Shown: piece after piece, positions 1-5,266 of the stretch
Position numbering within the stretch: position 1 is the first letter of the stretch
Layout: every line of letters begins with the position of its first letter
Origin: Campylobacterota bacterium
Lineage (GTDB): Bacteria > Campylobacterota > Campylobacteria > Campylobacterales > Arcobacteraceae
Length of the DNA: 34,322 nucleotides
Assembly: GCA_051746405.1 (NCBI GenBank)
Contig: JBNJFB010000021.1
Span: 1-34,322, forward strand
Reading direction: 5' to 3'
Notes under the pieces: generated by a model
The model's database searches: none
Seen by the model: only the letters and a program-made list of their open reading frames with translations
What the model was told of the DNA's origin: nothing
Made by a program: the position numbers and the translations under genes

Positions 1-310
1 CTTCATCAAGCTCTGCTCTACTTTCCAACTTCCCTTTAGCAAATGATATATGAATAACTGGATATGACTTACTCCAATCCCATTTATTCTCTATATTTAA
101 GCCTTTGAAATACTCTTTTTTTCCCTCAAAGATATTTTTTAAAGTATCAAGAAATAAGCTCTTCCCAAATCTTCTTGGTCGGCTTAAAAATACATATTGG
201 TAATTCTCTATTATATTTAGTGCTATATGTGTCTTATCCACATACACATAATCATCACTTCTTATTTTTTCAAATGTCTGTATTCCTATTGGTAGTTTTT
301 TTAAGCTCAT
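1..310 (-). CDS. AAA-ATPase-like protein (PF09820 type, usually fused to a C-terminal PD-(D/E)XK nuclease domain); only the 5' part is in the window
   Basis: Not in the ORF track. Manual translation from ATG at 310 gives MSLKKLPIGIQTFEKIRSDDYVYVDKT...FLSRPRRFGKSLFLDTL..., with the family motifs LPIGIQTF, YVDKT and RPRRFGKS; SD AAGG upstream. Confidence 0.9.
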   Translation of the reverse strand, partial: MSLKKLPIGIQTFEKIRSDDYVYVDKTHIALNIIENYQYVFLSRPRRFGKSLFLDTLKNIFEGKKEYFKGLNIENKWDWSKSYPVIHISFAKGKLESRAELDE

Positions 311-311
311 C

Positions 312-418
312 TTTTACCTTAGTTTATGGGGTTTTTATATGGCTATTATATCACAAAAAGGTTAATAATATAAATTTGGTAATAGATACTGAGACTTGAC
401 TAAAGTCCAGTTTCCGAA
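312..418. repeat. 107-bp direct repeat, copy 1 (contains minus-strand TGATATAAT promoter, SD-like AAGG and a palindrome)
   Basis: Matches 1060-1166 with 4 mismatches by manual alignment. Confidence 0.95.
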
Positions 419-472
419 GCAAAAAATTCCATATCTAAAATCATAAAAAGATCTATCAATATCTTTCTATTA

Positions 473-763
473 TCATTTCACAATTTTTCTATAGCTGTAT
501 TTAAATATATCTAAAACTACAATCAGCTTTTTTTCTTCATCAATTAAATAAGGAATTGTGTAGCCTTTAAAGATAAGGTCTCTTATTTTTTCATCTGTAT
601 AATAAATTGATTGTCTAAATTTAAAGGGCATATTTGGGATGTTATCTATTTTTGCATCTAATTTATCTAAAAATCTTATAGTAGATAAAAGACTACTTTG
701 AGCCATATAATTTATGATTTCATCTAGCTTTGATAGATAAAACTCATCCCTAATTATTTGCAT
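473..763 (-). CDS. Type II toxin, RelE/ParE family
   Basis: 96 aa with a RelE/ParE-like pattern (LDEIINY...IRDLIFKGYTIPYLIDE...IVVLDIF); overlaps the upstream small acidic gene. Confidence 0.8.
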   Translation of the reverse strand: MQIIRDEFYLSKLDEIINYMAQSSLLSTIRFLDKLDAKIDNIPNMPFKFRQSIYYTDEKIRDLIFKGYTIPYLIDEEKKLIVVLDIFKYSYRKIVK

Positions 764-1019
764 ACTTAGACCTTATAGAATCTATCATATTTGATTTATG
801 CTTTGCATAATTATTTGCATCTAGATAGGTACCTGTACCACTACGATACCTATCAACAGCATCTTTTACTCTTTGTTTAGCTTCATCTTCAGATATAGCC
901 AGATAACTATCATCTAGCAAATCATATAAAAAATCTTGTAATTTATGGTTTATATCTATCCCTTTACTTTTTATCTCATCATAGATATCATCTTCAACTT
1001 CTAGCTGTATAGTTTGCAT
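750..1019 (-). CDS. Probable cognate antitoxin
   Basis: 89 aa, acidic, N-terminus MQTIQLEVEDDIY, SD GAAAGG, directly upstream of and overlapping the toxin. Confidence 0.7.
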   Translation of the reverse strand: MQTIQLEVEDDIYDEIKSKGIDINHKLQDFLYDLLDDSYLAISEDEAKQRVKDAVDRYRSGTGTYLDANNYAKHKSNMIDSIRSKYANN

Positions 1020-1059
1020 GATTAACCTTTCGCTTTAATTTTGTCATTTATGTATTTAT

Positions 1060-1166
1060 TTTTACCTTGGTTTATGGGGTTTCTATATGACTATTATATC
1101 ACAAAAAGGTTAATAATATAAATTTGGTAATAGATACTGAGACTGGACTAAAGTCCAGTTTCCGAA
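1060..1166. repeat. 107-bp direct repeat, copy 2
   Basis: Matches 312-418; perfect palindrome ACTGGACT-AA-AGTCCAGT at 1142-1159; minus-strand TGATATAAT at 1093-1101. Confidence 0.95.
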
Positions 1167-1518
1167 ATTGAGGCGGATTTTATCTCGGGGTTGGGACTTT
1201 CTCAAAGAGAGTGCTAAAGCATAAGAGTCCCACAAACAAAACCTAAACCTATACACAAACCTATACACTATGTATAAAACAAAAAAAATCCTAATATATT
1301 ACTCACTACCAATTAACAAATGGTTAATGGCTAATTACTTAAAAGTTACCTTAAATTAACAGTTTATTAACACTAAATATTCCAATTTAAGAAAACTTTA
1401 AAATTTAGTGCAGTAGAATGACTCCAACGGTAAGCCGGAAAAGTTTTAAAACTAGTTTTTAAATGAGTTCGCGCGCTCCGGTAAACTGATTAAAGATTTC
1501 GAAATTTTAGGAGAACAA

Positions 1519-2679
1519 ATGAAAAAAATCGCAAAATTAAGTTTAGCTGCTGCTGTAGCAGTTGCTGGATTAACTACAACTTCATCGGCTGCATCTTTAG
1601 AAGAGGCAATCCAAGGTGTTGATGTTTCTGGTCAATTTAGATATAGATACCAAGAAAGAAAAGTTGAAAACAATGGTGACAACAGATCTAACTCAGATGT
1701 TGAAATCGAAGTTGGTGTAAAAGTTCCAGTTAATGATAACGTAACTGCAGTATTTAAAATCGACAATGCAAATGATGACGGAGATACTGCAAATACAAAA
1801 GCTGAAATCGAAATTGAAGATTACTACTTCCAATACAACAAAGATAGCTTAACAGTTAACGCTGGTCAACAAAACATCCCAGGAAGAATGACTGATGGTG
1901 CACAAGGTGACGGTCTTGTAGCATTATATTCTATGGGTAACATTACTTTAGGAGCAGCTTCTTTTGCTAATCATACTGTAAATGATGATGATAAGACAGA
2001 TCCTGATAATCCAGGAATTGGTGATACACCATTTGAAGATTCTGGAGTAAACTCTGTAATTGCTATGGGTAACGTTGGTCCTGTATCACTGTTAGGTCAA
2101 TATGCAGTTGTTGCTGATACTATGGATTCATACAACTTAAAAGCTGATGTAACTGTTGATATGATTACAGCTGGATTAGAGTACACTGCAACTGAATTAG
2201 ATTCAGAGGCAAACACTGCTATTAATGGTTTAAGAGTAACTAACTTAGAAAAAGATGATAGAGATACGTTTAAAGCATATGTTTCTGGAAACATGGGAAT
2301 TGTTTCTGCAAAATTATCATATGCTAAAACTGGAGACAATGGTTCAGGTGCAATTGATTCTCAAATCGACTCTGAAGGTTTAGAGACTCCATCTGAGTTC
2401 TTATTATGGAACTTAGGTACATCTAACAATGCAGATATGGATGTAATTGCATTAGATACATCTGTAGCTGTAACTGATAAAATTTCATTAAGAGCTGCTT
2501 ATGCAGATGGTGAAATTGGAAACGGTGATGGTAGTGATGTAAATGAGTTATTAGGACAAGTTACTTACAAAATGTCTAAAAACTTAACTACTTACGTTAG
2601 ATATGCTACATTTGACAACAGAGCTAAGGATGATGACGAAGGAAATAGAGGAAGAGTAGAAGTTAGATATACTTTCTAA
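1519..2679 (+). CDS. porA: Major outer membrane porin (Campylobacter MOMP family)
   Basis: Signal peptide MKKIAKLSLAAAVAVAG, then SLEEAIQGVDVSGQFRYRY; C-terminal beta signal VRYTF; SD AGGAG. Confidence 0.85.
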   Translation: MKKIAKLSLAAAVAVAGLTTTSSAASLEEAIQGVDVSGQFRYRYQERKVENNGDNRSNSDVEIEVGVKVPVNDNVTAVFKIDNANDDGDTANTKAEIEIEDYYFQYNKDSLTVNAGQQNIPGRMTDGAQGDGLVALYSMGNITLGAASFANHTVNDDDKTDPDNPGIGDTPFEDSGVNSVIAMGNVGPVSLLGQYAVVADTMDSYNLKADVTVDMITAGLEYTATELDSEANTAINGLRVTNLEKDDRDTFKAYVSGNMGIVSAKLSYAKTGDNGSGAIDSQIDSEGLETPSEFLLWNLGTSNNADMDVIALDTSVAVTDKISLRAAYADGEIGNGDGSDVNELLGQVTYKMSKNLTTYVRYATFDNRAKDDDEGNRGRVEVRYTF

Positions 2680-2707
2680 TCTTTTCTTAGCAAATTGCTA
2701 AACTTAT

Positions 2708-2740
2708 AAAGCTAGGGGTTTTACCCCTAGCTTTTTTTTT
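2708..2740 (+). terminator. Intrinsic terminator of porA
   Basis: AAAGCTAGGGG-TTTTA-CCCCTAGC followed by T9. Confidence 0.9.
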
Positions 2741-2802
2741 GCCTAAAAATTTATCTAAGAGTTTTTATGATAAACTATCCTTTTAAATCAAAAAGGATAA
2801 AA

Positions 2803-3450
2803 ATGAGACTTTTAAAACCACTTACTATCACACTTTTTACAGCAACTACTCTTATGGCAAATACTACCATGTGTTTTAAAGAAAACCATCCATCAATGGG
2901 TACAATAGAGAAAACCAAACTAAATGGTGGAGCATGTAAGGGACAATACTCCCTAAAACAGATGAAAGAAAAGGGCTATAGTGTAGATGATATCAAAGTT
3001 ACCACAAACAAAAGCGGAAACTACAACTTTGTATATATACTAAAAGACAAAAGTTCAAATCAAAGCTCAAACTTTGCTATGACAAACTCAAACCTAAGTG
3101 AAAAACAGCTAGAGCAAAGAATACTAAAAAGACTTGAAACTAAAAAATCCCAAGAGAAAAAAGCCAAGCAAATAGAGCAAAACCTACAAGCACAAATAGA
3201 AGGTAAAAAAATATACACAAACAAGTGTCAAAACTGCCATGGAGAAAAAGGCGAAACAAGAGCATACAACGCATCTAAACCCCTACAAAACCTAAGTTTA
3301 GACGATATGCAGTTTGCTATAAATAGATACACAACAGATGATGACTATGGAAATGGCTATCAAATGCTAATGAAACCAATAGCATCAGGTATGACAAATA
3401 ATAAAATAGCAAAAATCCACCAATACCTTAAAAGCATAAATAAGAACTAA
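2803..3450 (+). CDS. Exported c-type cytochrome (monoheme domain at the C-terminus)
   Basis: CQNCH heme motif and a candidate distal Met (MLMKP); signal peptide begins at ATG 2803, which has SD AAAGGA (the track start 2767 has none). Confidence 0.8.
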   Translation: MRLLKPLTITLFTATTLMANTTMCFKENHPSMGTIEKTKLNGGACKGQYSLKQMKEKGYSVDDIKVTTNKSGNYNFVYILKDKSSNQSSNFAMTNSNLSEKQLEQRILKRLETKKSQEKKAKQIEQNLQAQIEGKKIYTNKCQNCHGEKGETRAYNASKPLQNLSLDDMQFAINRYTTDDDYGNGYQMLMKPIASGMTNNKIAKIHQYLKSINKN

Positions 3451-3464
3451 TATAGTTAATATAT

Positions 3465-3483
3465 AGGGGTTACACCCCTTTTT
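3465..3483 (+). terminator. Intrinsic terminator after the cytochrome gene
   Basis: AGGGGT-TAC-ACCCCT followed by a T run. Confidence 0.75.
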
Positions 3484-3533
3484 AGGTTCACAACACTTCT
3501 AAATTAGCACTACTTAGTGACTTTATGATATAA
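3477..3533. repeat. Cassette left end 'A', copy 1
   Basis: 55/57 identical to 3941-3997; core 3486-3533 is 48/48 identical. Confidence 0.95.
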
Positions 3534-3633
3534 ATTTCTGGATTGGCGTAATTTTTACATTTTTTGTAATAATGTTCATATTTTTTATTATTAATAAAAT
3601 ATCTAAAAAAACCAAGGAAATAAAGGATTTATA

Positions 3634-3723
3634 ATGGATGCAGCAACACTAACAATTTTATTAATAGCTATAGCAACAATATCAGTTATGTTTTATGGCT
3701 TAAATAAATTATCAGAAGAGTAA
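3634..3723 (+). CDS. 29-aa single-TM small protein MDAATLTILLIAIATISVMFYGLNKLSEE
   Basis: Manual translation; SD AAAGGA 6 nt upstream of the ATG; one hydrophobic helix. Confidence 0.65.
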   Translation: MDAATLTILLIAIATISVMFYGLNKLSEE

Positions 3724-3753
3724 AAGAAGAAGTATTACCAGTTTAAATGCCAT
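3712..3753 (-). CDS. 13-aa hydrophobic peptide MAFKLVILLLLLF (candidate type I toxin-like peptide, possibly truncated)
   Basis: SD AAAGGA 6 nt upstream of the ATG; its initiation region is complementary to sRNA1. Confidence 0.5.
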   Translation of the reverse strand: MAFKLVILLLLLF

Positions 3754-3808
3754 TGGTATTCCTTTGAAATAGCACTCCCACCCACTAACTGCAACGCTTC
3801 CCGCAGAC

Positions 3809-3843
3809 AAAAAAAAAGGCAGAGCCGAAACCCTACCTTTTTT
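3809..3843. terminator. Intrinsic terminator of sRNA1, probably bidirectional
   Basis: Minus strand AAAAAAGGTAGGG-TTTCGG-CTCTGCC-T9; G-U pairs favour the minus strand; T6 on the plus side. Confidence 0.8.
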
Positions 3844-3902
3844 AACTGTGCTATCCAAATGGGGTAATCAATCCCATATAAGAATAATCCAATGACATTT
3901 AT
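3810..3902 (-). ncRNA. Predicted sRNA1 (~93 nt)
   Basis: Near-consensus promoter upstream, central hairpin, intrinsic terminator, no SD-led ORF. Confidence 0.7.
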
Positions 3903-3908
3903 GAAATA

Positions 3909-3937
3909 ATTATACAAAAACAAAATTTTAAAGTCAA
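3909..3937 (-). promoter_or_regulatory. Sigma70 promoter of sRNA1
   Basis: TTGACT-N17-TATAAT. Confidence 0.85.
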
Positions 3938-3940
3938 GTA
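3911..3940. repeat. Cassette right end 'B', copy 1
   Basis: 30/30 identical to 4843-4872. Confidence 0.95.
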
Positions 3941-3997
3941 CCTTTTTGTGTTCACAACACTTCTAAATTAGCACTACTTAGTGACTTTATGATATAA
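3941..3997. repeat. Cassette left end 'A', copy 2 (runs into a plus-strand TGATATAAT promoter)
   Basis: Matches 3477-3533 and starts at the base right after B copy 1. Confidence 0.95.
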
Positions 3998-4025
3998 TAA
4001 TAAAAACATAAGCAAAGGCTCTAAA

Positions 4026-4745
4026 ATGTCAGAAGAGAAAGAAGAGAAAGGCTTAAGACTAAATCAAGAGTATATGGATGTATTAGTAGCAAATGTGATA
4101 CCTACAACAAAGTATTTTGAAAGTAGGTTTGACCATATGCAGTATCAAATAGATGAAATCAAAAATAGTCAAGTAGCTATGCAAAGTAGTATGGACAAAC
4201 GCTTTGAAAAAGTTGATGAAAGATTTGATTCAATGCAAAGTGATATGGATAAACGCTTTGATTCAATGCAAAGCGAAATGGACAAACGCTTTGAAAAAGT
4301 TGATGAAAGATTTGATTCAATGCAAAGCGAAATAGACAAACGCTTTGATTCAATGCAAAGTGATATGGACAAACGCTTTGATTCAATGCAAAGTGATATG
4401 GACAAACGCTTTGATTCAATGCAAAGTGATATGGACAAACGCTTTGAAAAAGTTGATGAAAGATTTGATTCAATGCAAAGTGATATGGACAAACGCTTTG
4501 AAAAAGTTGATGAAAGATTTAAGCAAGTAGATAGACGATTTGAACAAGTAGAAAACTCTATAAATAACTTAGCTTTAAAAATAGAGAAGTTAACAAATGC
4601 TCAAGAGACAACCATAAGAGACTATATTATAGAAAGAGATAGGTTTTATGATAAAAAATTTACAAACCTAAGAATGTATAATATAGCTATAATAGCACTT
4701 GTAAGTGGTGTTATCTTAAAAATGGCAGGTATTATACAAATATAA
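4026..4745 (+). CDS. Membrane-anchored coiled-coil repeat protein (DUF1640/CCDC90- or Bdr-like architecture)
   Basis: Repeats MQSDMDKRF(EKVDERF)DS, C-terminal TM helix, SD AAAGG, promoter in repeat A. Confidence 0.75.
   Translation: MSEEKEEKGLRLNQEYMDVLVANVIPTTKYFESRFDHMQYQIDEIKNSQVAMQSSMDKRFEKVDERFDSMQSDMDKRFDSMQSEMDKRFEKVDERFDSMQSEIDKRFDSMQSDMDKRFDSMQSDMDKRFDSMQSDMDKRFEKVDERFDSMQSDMDKRFEKVDERFKQVDRRFEQVENSINNLALKIEKLTNAQETTIRDYIIERDRFYDKKFTNLRMYNIAIIALVSGVILKMAGIIQI
4179..4520 (+). repeat. In-frame tandem repeat of 33-bp and 54-bp units
   Basis: Units of 54, 33, 54, 33, 33, 33, 54 and 48 (partial) bp; the 54-mer is the 33-mer plus a 21-bp insert. Confidence 0.95.
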
Positions 4746-4834
4746 AAAAAAGGGAAAAGAATAAATCCTCTTCTCTTCTAATCTACGAACAATCTAGGTC
4801 ATCACTCCTAGAAGAAGTATCGCTTTGCTATTTC
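4744..4834 (-). ncRNA. Predicted sRNA2 (~91 nt), structural paralog of sRNA1
   Basis: Same promoter block, hairpin UCUAGG-AGUGAUGA-CCUAGA, G-U-containing terminal stem followed by U8. Confidence 0.65.
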
Positions 4835-4840
4835 AAAACA

Positions 4841-4869
4841 ACTATACAAAAACAAAATTTTAAAGTCAA
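4841..4869 (-). promoter_or_regulatory. Sigma70 promoter of sRNA2
   Basis: TTGACT-N17-TATAGT. Confidence 0.75.
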
Positions 4870-4872
4870 GTA
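4843..4872. repeat. Cassette right end 'B', copy 2
   Basis: 30/30 identical to 3911-3940. Confidence 0.95.
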
Positions 4873-4989
4873 TATTTTTAAGTCATATTTTGTTATTATT
4901 TCATATCGATAGTTGGCGATTTGATTTGTGAATTGTATTTGTGAAGGAGAAGGTGGGACAGGGTCAGCCTTTGAATAAAGGATATAACA

Positions 4990-5049
4990 ATGCGATTGAC
5001 AGTCATAATTGTTATAATCATTCTGCTATTAGCAGAACGGTTGTATTAA
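4990..5049 (+). CDS. 19-aa Ibs-like type I toxin candidate [19 protein letters not shown]
   Basis: Length, basic residue near the start, I/L/V core and terminal Tyr resemble enterobacterial Ibs peptides; SD AAAGGA is sequestered in hairpin CCTTT-GAAT-AAAGG (4968-4981). Confidence 0.7.
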   Translation: MRLTVIIVIIILLLAERLY

Positions 5050-5055
5050 AAGCTT

Positions 5056-5086
5056 AATAGAAGAAGTTGGTAGCTTCTTCTATTTT
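5056..5086 (+). terminator. Hairpin/terminator after the Ibs-like ORF
   Basis: AATAGAAGAAG-TTGGTAG-CTTCTTCTATT followed by TT. Confidence 0.7.
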
Positions 5087-5104
5087 GTCCCAACTATTGC
5101 TGTG

Positions 5105-5133
5105 ATTATACCATTTTTAAAATTTGATTTCAA
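5105..5133 (-). promoter_or_regulatory. Antisense sigma70 promoter
   Basis: TTGAAA-N17-TATAAT with extended -10 TG. Confidence 0.8.
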
Positions 5134-5266
5134 CCCAAATACAAGCCCCACTGCAACTCTAGCTTTGCATAGATTATGCATTTATCTCTTGAATATGCTT
5201 ATTACTTCTAATCTAATCGCTTCTTATACTACTTTTTTGTATAATTCATCCAAAGGATTTAATTAT

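Larger units (their letters stand above)
4908..5098 (-). ncRNA. Predicted cis-antisense (Sib-like) RNA; 3' end uncertain
   Basis: A strong convergent promoter at 5105-5133 points across the whole 19-aa ORF. Confidence 0.55.

Noticed and set aside
175..399. 74-aa plus-strand ORF from the track
   Set aside because: Shadow of the minus-strand AAA-ATPase gene and its promoter.
1245..1276. AAACCTATACAC x2 and TATACA-CTA-TGTATA as further nitrogen-operator sites
   Set aside because: Half-site orientation and spacing differ from TGTATA-N5-TATACA; could be chance in AT-rich DNA.
3555..3569. TTACA-N5-TGTAA palindrome upstream of the 29-aa gene
   Set aside because: Single, short and AT-rich; no second copy noticed.
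3735..3923. 62-aa minus-strand ORF from the track
   Set aside because: It starts at a TTG inside the promoter spacer, has no SD and runs through a terminator.
3477..3997. Repeat A as an integron attC/attI site
   Set aside because: No RYYYAAC..GTTRRRY cores or long imperfect palindrome, and no integrase in the window.
4179..4520. Possible CRISPR array
   Set aside because: The units are contiguous, in frame, have no unique spacers and lie inside a CDS; no cas genes are present.
4797..4808. GUGAUGA as a C-box (C/D or TIGR-like guide) or hammerhead core
   Set aside because: No CUGA D-box, the sRNA1 copy is UUGAUUA, the hammerhead CUGANGA..GAAA order is absent, and no Nop-domain protein is nearby.
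4823..4840. GTTTTGAAATAGCAAAG (minus strand) resembles a tracrRNA/sgRNA stem
   Set aside because: Short AT-rich similarity only; no repeat/anti-repeat partner, array or cas9 in the window.
4990..5049. Ile/Leu/Val attenuator leader peptide
   Set aside because: The downstream gene is prfB with its own promoter, not a branched-chain amino acid operon; the sequestered SD and antisense promoter fit type I TA better.
5102..5266. 55-aa N-terminal extension or programmed frameshift of prfB
   Set aside because: SD and -10 box lie directly before ATG 5267; RF2 is encoded in one frame with no CTT-TGA shift site.
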